DNA from: Heteronotia binoei | Lineage: Eukaryota | DNA: 64,000 nt | Assembly (NCBI RefSeq): GCF_032191835.1 | Contig: NC_083225.1 | Location: 149,730,001 to 149,794,000, forward strand | Direction of reading: 5' to 3' | Notes under the pieces: model-generated | Told to the model about the DNA's origin: nothing | What the model saw: the letters and a program-made list of their open reading frames with translations, nothing else | Database searches by the model: none | Translations under genes and position numbers: made by a program | Part shown: positions 1 through 12,252 of the stretch, one piece after another | Layout of the letters: each line of letters opens with the position of its first letter | Position numbering within the stretch: position 1 is the stretch's first letter

Positions 1-740
1 GAAGAATGGGAAAAGATTTGGAAATATAATATTAAATTGACCAAATCAGTAGTTTTCAAAGAAAACCTATATAAAATGATGTATAGGTGGTACCTGACTC
101 CAGCGAGATTAGCCAGAATGAACCCAACCTATAACGACAAATGTTGGAAATGTAAAAAAGCTAGAGGGACACTTTACCACATTTGGTGGAACTGTGAGAT
201 TGCTAGAAAATTTTGGATACAAATAAGTATATGGATCCAAAAGATTTTAAAGAAAAGGTTGAAACACTCACCCGAACTGTATTTGTTAAGTGTATGTAGA
301 GAAAACTTAACACAGGGTGAGAAAAAACTGGTAATATATATGATTACAACAGCCAGAATCCTCTTTGCAAAATATTGGAAATCCCCCCAAACCCCGTGTA
401 AAGAAGAATTTTTGTTTAAATTACTGGAGTCTGCCGAAATGGATGTTTTAACTATAAGGTTGAGAGATGGAAACTGGCAAGAATGTATAAAAACTTGGGA
501 ACCAGTGTATATATGGGCGAAAAGTATGGGATATGATATGAGACAGTAGACTTAATATCCTTATATGCTCCTAAAGCTCCTTTCACAGGTGGTGGTGGAA
601 GATGGGTGGGTATGGGATATATGTTCTTCTGTTTTCCTTTCTTGTATTTTTTGTTGGTGTTTTTTTTGGTTTTCTTGTTTGTTTGTATTGTTGTTTTTTT
701 TTGAACCTCAATAAATGATAAATTTTCAGAAAAAAAAAAA
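1..740 (+). mobile_element. L1-clade LINE, 3' end (ORF2 C-terminus, 3' UTR, poly(A)); continues off the left edge
   Basis: Frame open from base 1 to TAG at 547-549 encodes the L1 ORF2 Cys-rich C-terminus (YKMMYRWYLTP...KCWKC...TLYHIWWNC...ILFAKYWK). GT-rich 3' UTR, AATAAA at 710-715, A11 at 730-740. Confidence 0.9.
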
Positions 741-3432
741 ATCTGTTCAGCAAATGCATCAGTCCCAAAACATTGATTTTTCAAAAACAAACAGGGAGTC
801 AGAATTAGATTATTATGAGCATTTTCAGAATCCACTCTTTACTGCCGATTTGCCAATAGATGACTCAAAACCTGGGACTCCTCTATCATTCTTTTGCGAA
901 ATAGGAGATCCTATGATTGAAGCAATCCCTTCTCCTTCAGAAGTCTCTTGTCAACTGAGTCTGCTTCAGTTTATGTCCCCTGTGGGTAATTTAATATTTC
1001 TAACCCTGGGCGCTCTTCTGGTTCTTCCATATTCAGGACCCTCGTCCAAACGTCTTTATCTTCAATTTCACTGCACAAAACCAGTCTTTTAATGTAAGGA
1101 AATAACCTTTAATTGAGGTTTATTGGGTCATTTTTTTCTATGAGATTTGGAGCAAAGTTTGCAATTTTGTTCTTTCAAATCAACAGGAGGAGCCTTAGCA
1201 TTTCAACAACAAAAACTGTATAAAGGAAAATCTCCCCTGCAAATAAAACCCTAGGCTCTTCCAGTGGGGCCACAGATTACAAGCCACAGGCTAACATCTA
1301 TGGGCCAATAGCCCTGTGGGTGCTATCACACTGGGTAATTGACACGATAGTATCTTGAGGCGAAAAAACCCAATCCAGTCAGGTCCATTTTAGAGCTGCC
1401 ATTGAAGCAGCAGGATCCCAGCAGCCATCAGTGGTTGCACATTCAGAGTGCTAGCGCATCTCAAGCATGGAACCGCTGAGGAAAGGGTTTTTTTAAAAAA
1501 GCCCCGTGTGTGCACGCAGGCAGAGAAGCGCAGAAACGCACCTTGGAAAGGGGTTAGGGGGAAAAAAACAAACAACTGTGCCAGAAATGGCTTGGTGCAG
1601 TCACACAGTTCTGCTTATGAATCGCACCAGGGCATTCAGACAGCAGCTTATTATGAAACTGACATCCGATTCAGGGGGATACTACTGGGAAAATCCAGGT
1701 AGCTTTTTAATACAGAGGTGTCTGGAGATGGGGTGAGAATGAGAGTGGCTTGGAGGGCAGATGTGCTCATGTGATTGTGCACTTTTAATCTGAATTGGAG
1801 GCTGGGCTATGTCAGGCCAAATCTCGTGTGAAACCACCCCACGTCTCTCACCATTTGACTTGCACCACAGCCTAAGGCTTCAAGGTGTACCCTGATTCTT
1901 AAGGCCCCTCTTTACACAAAGAGGGAGATGGCTCAGCACACAGCAGAAAGCTTTCTTCAAGCTGGCTGGCTACTTGCATACAGATCTCTTCCTTCTCTCA
2001 TACCATAAGACATAATACATTTTAATTTTGCTTGTTGTCTCACATTCGTGAACCTCAAAATGAATCTTATTTAAATAATCACCATCATCAAAAAGAACAT
2101 CTACTCTTTAATGTAAGGAAGGTGAAAAGATTATTTTACTTAATAGAAAGCATAAAAACAGGTTAAAATGGTCATGTCTCATTTGTTTTTCCTCTATCTT
2201 TTTCAAGGTTAAGTTCCTTGTGTAAGCCATGTTAATTTGTCAACAATGTATGCCTCTTGTCACATTTTCTTATAGTTGTTATACAAAAAACCACCAATGC
2301 CTGAGCAACTGTACAAGTTGTGTCAATATTGATACCAATATAGACTTCCGGGGGCTGGAGAATGGCGAGCTGAACTGCTTCTCTGAAGGGGAGCAGACTG
2401 GAACTTCTGTTCGGGGTAGAAAAAGGCAATCCAATGCCTACTGCCTACTTTTCTCAGTCAGAGATTAGTCCAAGACATGCTCGGAAAATTCTGAGATTTA
2501 CTTTGGCTTAAAAGGAGTCCCGGGGGGGGGGGGGCTCCTTTGAGGCTTTGAAGGGTCTCCGGAGATGAGTTGCATTCTAGAGTCAACAGAGGTTTCCAGA
2601 GTCATTCAATTGACTTAAGCTCATCAAGATCCAAACCTTCTTTGATTCTACTCAACATCTAAATTCATGCAAGACCGGAGCCGTTTTGGATAACCACAGC
2701 AAAAGGTAAAGATCGTTATCTATCATTCCGGGACTAATAAGAACTGTAAAAATTAAAATTCAAAAGGTGAAAGATTGAATATAGAAGCTTTTGATAAAGA
2801 AGGGGAGAAGGGGCGAAATTGGGACTGTAAAATACTAAAAGACAGTGCTAAAAAGAGAAAAGAAAATTATTGTTTGGAATACCTGCGGTTTTGATTGAAA
2901 AACCCCATCGTCACAGAGCTGCAGATCTAACAGATGACACAGGAAATATATCACAAACATCGTGAGATCTCTCTACCAGTGAGAACGGGATTTGGTGGCA
3001 AGTAAAGCAGGAAGTAACCAGTGAAGAAGGGAAAATTGTGAGTAAGCCAGCCTACTCTAGGACTGAGAAATCATAGAAAAACATCGGTGGCCATTATAAG
3101 AAGGTCAAAATTTAAAAGTTATTTAAAAGGATTTGAGACATTGAAAATTAGTGGAGCAGGAGAATTTGAACATTGTAAGGTAAATACTACTGGACATTAT
3201 TGTTAAAAACTATTTTGGAAGCCTCCAGAAAAAAGTGGAAAAAAGTTTAAAAAGGGGACTTAAAAGTCGTGACCACCATTTTGGAAAAATTATAAACTTT
3301 AAAAATTTATATCTGAGCTTGGGAGGCTCCAGGGATGGCGATTTTGGGCTTATTGAAAAAAGCAAAATTCATTCTTTAAAACCTGATAGTTGGGTTTTAA
3401 TTTGGTGAGGTAAATTTTTTTAGCATTTTTAC

Positions 3433-3830
3433 ATGTCAGACCATAAGCCAATATGCACAAGGACTGCTTCACTGGAGAAGATGCAGGAGCAATTGATGCG
3501 ATGGAAGCAAGGATGATGAAAGGGATGAAAGAGCTAATAACTGCCTCCGAAAAGGAAATCAGAAAGGACATTGAAGATTTGAAAAAAGATATAGAGGATC
3601 TCAGAAATGAAACTGTGGTAACATCTAAAAAAGTACAAGAAGTGGAGGGGAGAGTGAAAGCACATGATTCCACCTTGAAAAAAATACAAAAAAAAGTGGT
3701 AGTACATGACTGCAAACTGATGAAAACTCAGATACGTCTGAGAGGAGTACCTGAAGACGAACAAACTGACTTGAAGGAACAAATAATAAAAATTATTGCG
3801 GAATTCCTGGAGGAAGATCTAGAAGGTACT
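3433..3830 (+). pseudogene. L1 ORF1 remnant (N-terminal coiled coil and start of RRM), frameshifted and truncated
   Basis: ATG at 3433 (MSDHKP...), frameshift near 3490, then heptad-rich IDAMEARMMKGMKEL...IEDLKKDIEDLRNE and QIRLRGVPED motif typical of L1 ORF1. Breaks off near 3830. Confidence 0.8.
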
Positions 3831-3831
3831 A

Positions 3832-6716
3832 GAGGATATCGAATTTTAAACGGTTTGGGATACGTATAAAGCAGTAATGAGAGGGATATTGATCACACTG
3901 AATAATAAAGATAAAAGAGCAAAGGAAAAAACAATTGCTGGACATTCAGAATGAAATAAAGAAAAAAGAGGGGGAGCTGAGGAAGAGACCTGGGAAAAAG
4001 AAAATTATGAGGGAAATTACAATACTTCAAACGCAAATGAGACATTTGTTAAATAAAGAACTGGAATGGAATCTGAAAAGATTGCAGCAGAAATCTTTTG
4101 AAGGAGCAAATAAACCTGGAAAATATTTGGCTTGGCAAATGAAAAAAGAGAGAGAAAATAAAATTATTAACAAAATAATAGTTGGTGGTAAAGAGATTGT
4201 GGATCAAGAAGGAATCAAAAGAGAATTTTTTAAATACTATGCCAAATTGTTTAAAGGCTTTAAGATAAACAAAGAAAAGATGGAAATATATTTGCAAAAA
4301 ATTAAAATAGCTCCCTTAACAGAAAATATGGAAAAAGTTTTGAATGAACCAATTGGGAAAATAGAAATTGAAGTGGCAATTAATTCAATGAAAATGGGAA
4401 AAGCACCTGGTCCAGATGGATATTCAGCAAAAAATTTTAAAACCCTTAAAGAGGAGTTAACACCGAAGCTTCAAAAACTGATGAATATTATAAGACTGCA
4501 GGGGAAAATACCAAATTCATGGAAGGAAGCAGTAATTTCGCTGATTCCAAAAGAGGACAGAGATGTCACGAATGTAAAAAACTATAGACCAACCTCATTG
4601 TTAAATAATGACTATAAAATATATACGAGAATATAAACAATACTTGATGAATTTTATTAAGGAGGAACAAGCAGGATTTCTTCCCAAAAGACAAATTAGG
4701 GACAATTTAAGGACTGTTGTAAATATTATGAAAGACATCCAGAAAAAGAAGTCGCTTTATTTTTTGTGGACGCAAAGAAAGCTTTTGATAATTTAAACTG
4801 GGACTTTATGTTTGCAGTGATGGAAAAAATGGAATTGGGGGAAAGCTTTATAAGAATGGTGAAAACAATATATACTGAACAGTATGCAAAACTTTGCATA
4901 AATGTGGATCTTACAGAGAATATGATAATTAGTAAGGGAACAAGACAAGATTGCCCTCTTTCTCCATTGTTGTTTATAATGACTCTTGAAGTTTTGTTGA
5001 TGCAAATTCAAGAAGATAAAGAAATAGAAGGTTTGAAACTAAAAGGTTTTACTTATAGATACAGAGCATTTGCAGATGATGTAATGTTTATAAATGAAAA
5101 TCCTATACAAGTAATGCCATTATTACTAGGTAAGATACAAGACTATGGAGAAATGGCAGGATTTTACATCAATAAAGAGAAGTCAAAAATTTTATGCAAA
5201 AACATGCAAATGAGTAAACAAAAAGAATTGCAAAAGCTAACAGGATGTGAAGTTACCTCTAAAGTAAAATATCTGGGTGTGGAGATCACAATGAAAAATA
5301 TCAACTTATATAAAAACAATTATGAAAAGCTATGGCATAAAATGAATGAAGATATGGTAAAATGGAATAAACTTAATTTGTCATTGCTTCGAAGAATAGC
5401 TGCAATAAAAATGAATATTCTACCAAGAATTACATATTTGTTTCAAACAATTCCAATAGTAAACAATTTAATAAGTGGCAAAGAAAAATTTCAGAGTTTG
5501 TATGGGCGGGGAAGAAACCAAAAATTAAAATGAAAATTTTAACAGAAGCAAAAGAAAGAGGAGGATTTCAATTACCAGACTTAAAGTTATATCACGAAGC
5601 AGTATGTCTAGTATGGATAAAAGAGTGGGTGACATTGTTGAATAGAAAACTTTAGCATTGGAAGGCCATGGAAACATATTTGGTTGGCACGCTTATATGT
5701 ACTATGGGAAGAGAAAGATGGATGGATTTTTCTCTCATCACTATATAAGAAGTAAATACGTGGATGAAATATAGAAAATATGGAGATGAAAGGAAGCCAT
5801 TGTGGATAGTGCCAGCAGAAGTAATTAAAATATTAGCTGAGACGTGTGAAGCAAGATGGTTGTCATATAATCAATTATTAAAAATACAAAGTGGCAAGAT
5901 AGAGTTGAAAACAGCTGAAGAATTGAATAATAAGTATGACTGGTTCCAGATGCAGCAAATAAAGAGCTTGGTAGGAAACGATATTAAAAATGAAGGAATA
6001 AGGAAGGAGCAAACTGAATTAGAAAACGTTCTGCTTTGAGATAATGATAAGTTGATTTCAAAACTATATAAACTATTACTGAAATGGTCTACTGAAGATG
6101 AAGTAGTAAAATCTCAAATGATAAAATGGGCAATTAATGTAAATAAAGAAATACAGATGGAAACATGGGAATACTTGTGGAAGAACTCTATGAAAATGTT
6201 GACGTGTTATAGTATTAAAGAAAACTGTTATAAAATGATTTATAAATGGTATATGACTCCTAAAAAGTTGGCAAAAATGAATAACAAGATGCCGGATAGA
6301 TGTTGGAAATGTAAAAAACATGAAGGTTCTTTCTACCATATGTGGTGGATTTATGAAAGAGCAAAACAGTTTTGGCAAATGATTCAACAAGAAATTTGTA
6401 GAATCTTGGGATATGAATTTAAGAGAACTCCAGAGACTTTCTTATTGGGATTACAAATGGAGAAATTTCCGAAAGAAGATAGAACTGTAATCTGATACTT
6501 GCTTTCAGCTGCTAGGACATTATATGCGCAGTTATGGATAAAATACCAGAAAAATGGGACTGTAAAAGTTATATCATGGAGTGAAATGGATAGACTTACA
6601 AGAATCTTGAAAAACTATGATTTAGAGGGATTTAAAATGGACTGGGATAAATTCAGAAGATAGAGAAAGAATGGAAAGTGAAAGGACATTGGGTGATTTT
6701 TGAGAATACCAATTAG
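3832..6716 (+). pseudogene. L1 ORF2 remnant lacking the endonuclease domain; RT and C-terminal Cys-rich region with multiple stops and frameshifts
   Basis: VWDTYKAVMRG, KAPGPDGY, NYRPTSLLNNDYKI, DAKKAFD, GTRQDCPLSPLLF, FADD, VKYLGV, RCWKC...SFYHMWW are spread over ORFs 3935-4636, 4608-4796, 4766-5533, 5764-6039 and 6052-6495. Confidence 0.92.
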
Positions 6717-7039
6717 GTTTTTAGAAGAAGAAAGAAGATGAACTATAATAGTGGGATTTTATAAAACATAAGAAATGTGTTTTTTATTTATTTACAAAAT
6801 GATTTATTTCTTTTTATTATTAAGATTCTTTTAGTGTTAAAGATACTTTTTGATATTAGAATTTTAAGTAATTGGCACCAGCGGAAGTCAAGATTTGGGG
6901 GGAGGGGAGGAGGGAAAAGAGTAATGTATGGGGAAGGTATTAAGTGTTTATTAATATTTTATTAGCATTGGATATAATTACCATATATTACCAAATAAAA
7001 TTGTTTTGATACCAATATACAAGAGCAGCCTGAAGCCTG

Positions 7040-7214
7040 AGTTCCTCAGAGCTTGAAAGCCAAGCAGGGTTGGCCATGATCTGTACTTGGATGTGGAACT
7101 ACCAAGGAAGACCAGGCTTGCAATATAGAAGGTGGCAATGGCAAGCCATCTCTGCTCATATCTTGCCTTGAAAGCCCCATGAGGGATTGTAATAATCGTG
7201 ACTTGCTGACACTT
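7040..7214 (+). mobile_element. 5S rRNA-derived SINE (5S-Sauria type), diverged
   Basis: 5S-like head (aagccaagcagggttggcc...tacttggatg) followed by the ggcaatggcaagccatctctg...ttgccttgaaagcccc body shared with other copies in the window. Confidence 0.65.
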
Positions 7215-8329
7215 TATTATTATGCAAGAACTAATGTTAATAAAGGCCACATAAACTATGGCCTGTTCACTGAGCAATACTCAGAAGATACTCTGTCCAG
7301 TTCCCCAGATGTTCCATGATCATGGTGAGAACCTGAGTGGGCCTCTAAGTCCAGCAGGTAGTTTGTACTGTCCGAACCAGGAAACAATGAATTTATTCAA
7401 GCACTAAATCTCCCTATCCTTGTCAACCAAATTCTGCTTTTAAACAGGATCTAGATTTAGAGCTAAGGGATATCCTGTATTCAAATGAACATGGTATTCC
7501 CCTCCTCCTTTAAAAACACTAGTATTTATATTCATTATTAGGTAAGGCTTTTTGTTCTACAATAATCTGTTCAGGTTCCTGCCCACCCACAAGTCCGAGT
7601 TAACTTTTCCAGGCAACTTTGGAATGATATACAGGTATCATCCCTGTTTTGTGATTGACTTTACAGATTCCTAAGTCAGGGACCAATATATATTTACAAG
7701 TCTTAAATCTTCTTAGACCTTAGTTCTAGGCCCAAAATCTGGTTATGTGTTTAACTGACTGTGTCTGACACAATCTGACAAAATAGTGAGGTGAATTTAT
7801 TCTTTGTGTTATGGGAGCAGAAATAATTTAAACAGGATGCTGCAACATGAGCTCTTCACTCGCTCCTCAAAAATTACATATTGGAATCTGAAAGGTTTCT
7901 CTCACACCTTAAGTTATGGTTAAGTTTTATTTTTCTTTTAAAGGCTGGATGTGGAGATGTAATGAAAAGACATCTTTAAAAGATAAGGTCAAAATTGATA
8001 AATTTACTAATTTATGGATTTGTGTCCCACTTTTCTCTGATAAAGATCCATTAAAGAGCTTACAACAAGAAAAATAATTTATAAATAAGAGGTACTCAAT
8101 AGGCTTTGAGCCACAGTCCCAAGAGACGTTTGGCTCTTACCTCTGACCACACGCAAGATTTATGAGGTACTCAAGAGGGGAAAGGAAAAAGAAATCCTCA
8201 GAAAAGACATCACAGAGTTGGCAAAATGTTCTTCCTGATAGGTTTGATGGATTGACTAATTTCTGTAATGAAAGCCTGAGTCACCTATTTTTGAATCTCT
8301 TGGATTTTTTCTCTCCCAGATCTCCTCAT

Positions 8330-8530
8330 CTGAGAACACAGAAGTAGACGCTTGATCAGAGCAAAGGGCCAATTAGTCCAGAATCCTGTTTCACATAGTA
8401 GCCAGGCAGGTACTTCTGGGTAATGTACAGCTGGACATAAAGTTATATCCCCTGCCCATTCTGCTTGCAAACTAGCAACTGGTCTAGTTCACAGGTATAC
8501 TGCCTCTGAACACAGGTGTTCCATATAGCT
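8330..8530 (-). mobile_element. Old CR1 3' UTR fragment
   Basis: Resembles the reverse of CR1 3' ends (gatcagagcaaagggccaattagtccagaatcctgtttcac). Confidence 0.4.
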
Positions 8531-8754
8531 TCCATGGCTAACAGGAATATTCTCCCTATGTATTTAAACGGTCTTTTAAAGCTTTCAAAGCTGTAGCTTC
8601 TTTTCTTTTCTTTTCTTCTCTGCTCAGTTTCTGTTTGGGATGATGATGTTCCTCTCTTGCAAGGGATGACTGACAAGGTAGAGCAGCTGACAGGGCTCTG
8701 ACCACTTTCTCCTCTCTTTCAAAAGTATCCAAGTCAGTGGCCATCATCCCATTT

Positions 8755-8958
8755 GGTGTAGTAGAAACTGCCATCAAGCTGCAGATGACTTATGGCAACC
8801 CTGTAGGGGTTTCAAAGCAAGAGATGTCCAGAGGTGGTTTGCCATTGCCTGCCTGGACTTCCTTGGTGGCCTCCAATCCAAATGCTAAATGCTAACTTAC
8901 CCTGCTTAGTTTCTGAGATCTGACAAGATCAAGTGAGACTGGGCTATCCAGGTCAGAG
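8755..8958 (-). mobile_element. 5S rRNA-derived SINE (5S-Sauria type)
   Basis: Reverse strand reads 5S-like head (gatcttgtcagatctcagaaactaagcagggt) through the tail (gccataagtcatctgcagcttgatggcagtttc). Confidence 0.75.
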
Positions 8959-9094
8959 TCACCTCCCCCCCCCCCCCATTTGGTGGTAGTAACTGCAAAA
9001 GTTAATTATACATTGGGCCAAGAAGGATTTTCTTCTGTCTTCCTGAATCTTAAAACTACTGAATGACTGAATGTTCTAACATTATGAGGGGAGG

Positions 9095-9195
9095 GGGAAA
9101 AATCTATTCCACTTTCATCACACCACACATAATTTCATTAATCCCTTCTCATGTTCCCCTTAGTCATCTTTTTTCCTAAAAAGCCCCAAGAGATT
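9095..9195 (-). mobile_element. Old CR1 ORF2 3' fragment
   Basis: ctattccactttc...cataatttc...catgttccccttagtc...aaaagccccaag aligns by eye to the reverse complement of the CR1 at 39050-39150. Confidence 0.45.
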
Positions 9196-10019
9196 TGCTG
9201 ACCCATCCTGAGCCCTGCCTTGAAGAATGACAACTAAGTGCTGTGCTGGTGAACCTTCGAGCTTTGGCAGCATATTCCAAAGATGTGCTACTGGAGCCAG
9301 AAGGTGATGATGTTGTACTGGTGTAATCACTATCCTGACATAGACCTGGATGCTTCTAGGGGAGTGCCATGGGCGTTGTGTCTTAGAATGGGGTTGAAAG
9401 CCCCCTTAATCATATTAAACTCTCTTTTTCTCTTCCACAGATTTGGTAGGATTACTCCATATTCCTTTTTAGCATGTATTTTACACAGCTGAACGAGCAT
9501 GAGATAGAGAACAAAAACATAAGACAGTGTGATTCTGAATTTATTCTTTGTGCAAATCAGCTCTTCTTGCTAGCATGTCAGCACCTTGCTTTTCCTGTTT
9601 CAAGCATGCCATAACCTATGAGATTCTCAAAATTATTTATCCCTTTCCGTGTTATGGTTTCAAAAATCTTGTTTTATCTCCTTAGCCAAAGTAAAGCCAA
9701 GGGCACAAATCTTGAAAGCGCATCAGAAGAGAGGGAACAAGTGACCCTTCCAGGCTACAATCCTACATGTAGTTACAGAGGAGTTAGTCTCGTTGAATGC
9801 AGTGGGAGTTATTCCCAGTTTCCACGCCTCACACTGGGTTGAGAAGAGGTGGCGGTGGCATCTGTTTAGGCATCTCCAGAGCAAGCATTTCTCATCAGCA
9901 AGGCAGATAGTTGCAGGAGATCTGCCCTCCCCACTTTTTTCCCTAAACATCCTGCTGTGACCAGTGTAGTCGGGTTTTTTTTTTTTAAAAGGAGCTTCCA
10001 CTATAGCAAAAGCAGACCC

Positions 10020-11460
10020 CCTAACTCCCCCCCCTCGCCCGCCAGTCAGTGCGCCCGCCTCAGTGATGATGAATAGGGATCAGGAGCTTTGACTGAGGAG
10101 CGCCACATACCAACCGCACAAGCGAGGGGTGGCGGAGAGACCCTCCTGCCTTCTCTGCCAAACTTTTCAGCCCAACTTTCCCAGCTTCCGCTTCTCGCGG
10201 GCGGGGGACCCGAGGCCCGAAGCTTTCGACGCGCCCCTCTGCAAGCCCAGGCTGCGCCACCGACCATCAGGTGCAAGCGGCCGACTACAGCAGCTCACGC
10301 TCCTGATTTGTTTGGGGGCGAAGTGGGTGGCTGCTGGCCGCCGTCTTTCGGGGAGTTCCATTTCCCTCTTGGCCCGCCGCGGCTCCTCCTTTTCCACTCC
10401 TCCTCCAAAAGGGGAGGGGGAAGGAATGGGAGGCTCCAGAGCCCGGACTAGCAAAAAGAAGGGAATTGTTTGAGAGTTCAGTCATCCAAAAAACCTTCTT
10501 CCATATGGAGGGTCTGGCTGCCTCGATTCCAGTGCCTTTCTCTCCTCTCCCGGCCGTTTCTTCTTCCTCTTCCGCTGAACTTTGCAGCAAATCTGCAAAC
10601 TCTTCCTAAAAAAAAAAAAAAAAAAAAAGCCACGGCTACCAAGTCCGCCAGAACCTCTCTTTCCGTATCATCCAGATCCTTCACTCCAGCCTCATTTTGG
10701 TGAGTGCCTCGCAGATCTATCCGGCCTGGAGCCCTAGCCCGGGGATTTGGGTCTCTCTTTGTTGCTGTTCATAACTTCACTGTGTGCCTCCCTTTAACAT
10801 CCTCAGAGATCTTGGGTGAGTGAAAGAGCAACCCACAAGCTCTTCACGCCCCCCGCCCCAAGTTGAGGGGGGGGGTTGTTTTGTTCTTTTAAACGGAGGG
10901 TTAAGTTAGTTTGCAAGTTTTGTAGTTTTCTGCAACTGTATTATCTTGTGTTGGACATTTGGGGAGGTCCCAGCGGCGATATTTGGTGGGATGCTTTGAG
11001 GAGAAGACGCGTCTGAGAGTTTATCAGGAACCGACAGATTACCCCGACCGATTCTGTTCCCGTGTCTCTGTTTTTATGCGGTTTGTTTTTCATTGGGCAG
11101 GTGGGCTTTGCAACTTGTTTCGCTTTTTCGGCAGCATCTCGTTGTTCGTGGAGGGCCTTGCATTTGCTCTGCTTTCAACTTTGCTGCAGTTTGTGCTGAA
11201 ATTTCCTTCAAAGATTGCAAAGCAAGCAATTTCACTCTCCCGGTAAAACGGGGAGACAGTCTAGGAAGTGCCTATGAGCGAAGGCGTATAGATTGATTTC
11301 GAAGTTTTGAAGGGTTTGCAAAGTCCGAAAGAGGGGGGAAGGGGAGAAGCAGCTAAATGCAGCAGCATCTTTCGCTTGTGACTTTGTAAAAAGGCTGCGC
11401 CTAAGCAGAGAACGCATGAGTGAGTTTGCACAGAGCAGGGGGAGAAAAAAGTTTCATTTT
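10020..11460 (+). promoter_or_regulatory. BOC: CpG island / probable BOC promoter
   Basis: Only CpG-dense stretch not explained by a TE (many CG, CCGG, GCGC), free of recognisable TEs and upstream of the BOC coding exons on the same strand. Initiator-like TTCAGTC at 10477-10483. Link to BOC is inference. Confidence 0.75.
10480..10699 (+). other. BOC: Candidate non-coding first exon of BOC (start approximate)
   Basis: Ends at consensus donor TTTG|GTGAGT (GT at 10700-10701). The TSS cannot be fixed from sequence alone. Confidence 0.5.
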
Positions 11461-12252
11461 CTCCTGCAGTTACTTAAGTTATTCCTGTTCTTTTTGTGGC
11501 TGTCTTTGAATAAAATAGAAATTAGAGGCAATTGCTTTATAACTTTTTCCTTTGACTGCAATACTTTTCAGAGGATTGAAAGTTAAAACTTCTTTACAGA
11601 AGTATCTGAAGTAATTTTAAAAAGGGGGGTGCATAACACTTGTTGATAAAAGAGAAAATATTTTCTGATTGGTAAATGGCCAAATAGATTTTAAAATCTA
11701 AGGCATAGTCCTCTTGAAGTTCTAAATTCTAGGGATTTCTAAATCCTTCTAAATTCTAGGGATTTCAGAGTATGAGATTTCAGCACCTGCTTTATTCTTT
11801 CATTGATGTCAGTATGACTAAAAGGTGCTTAACTTTAGTTGGATCATTAGAAGTACTTCAAGAGAATTAATGGCTGAATATATGCATACGTTTATTAAAT
11901 AACACTCTTATCATTTCAGTTTTTATAATAAAATTTATGTCATTGAGCAAAACAGTTTTGTGTTTATAGGAAACTCGCAGATATTGTTAAGAGAACTGTG
12001 CTTTTTCTGTGACTTCTATGATAGACATAATTTTACTAGAAAAAGCTTTCCTTAACATTTCTTCATCTGATCCCTTCCCACTATTATTTTTTAACAATAT
12101 AATCTTATAGATCAACTGAGAGTTTTTACAAAACTCCCTATAACTTTTTGGAAAATAGGCATGATTTTTTTGCTTTTTTTCTGCCTCCAAGAAAATAAGA
12201 ATATGCTGATGCTTTTATGGAAGAAGTAAGTATTGCTGAGAACTTCCAGTGC

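Larger units (their letters stand above)
2343..7005 (+). mobile_element. L1-clade LINE with both termini, internally deleted and inactivated
   Basis: Starts GACTTCCGG...ATGGCG (L1-type 5' end) and ends AATAAAATTGTT. Perfect 14-bp TSD ttgataccaatata at 2329-2342 and 7006-7019. ORF1 and ORF2 remnants inside. Confidence 0.93.

Noticed and set aside
715-1092. 125-aa ORF after the first L1
   Set aside because: Starts in the L1 3' UTR, reads through the poly(A) as KKKK, has no recognisable domain or splice context, and a few ORFs this long are expected by chance in 64 kb.
1088-2120. 14-bp direct repeat tttaatgtaaggaa ~1 kb apart as a possible TSD
   Set aside because: AT-rich, the enclosed DNA has no TE termini or tail, and a match of this length at this spacing is not clearly beyond chance.
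3350-6390. Minus-strand ORFs over the L1 (and similar ones over the CR1s)
   Set aside because: Antisense shadows of A-rich TE coding strands.
7040-7214. 5S rRNA gene call (also 8755, 22038, 50762, 58815)
   Set aside because: Only partial, diverged 5S heads fused to a common non-rRNA body, so these are SINEs rather than rRNA genes.
11236-11255. Perfect 7-bp hairpin tctcccg-gtaaaa-cgggaga with a donor-like loop
   Set aside because: Too short to distinguish from chance, and the donor is weak.
10046-11417. Overlapping ORFs on both strands in the CpG island
   Set aside because: Stop-codon scarcity in GC-rich DNA; low-complexity products with no homology.
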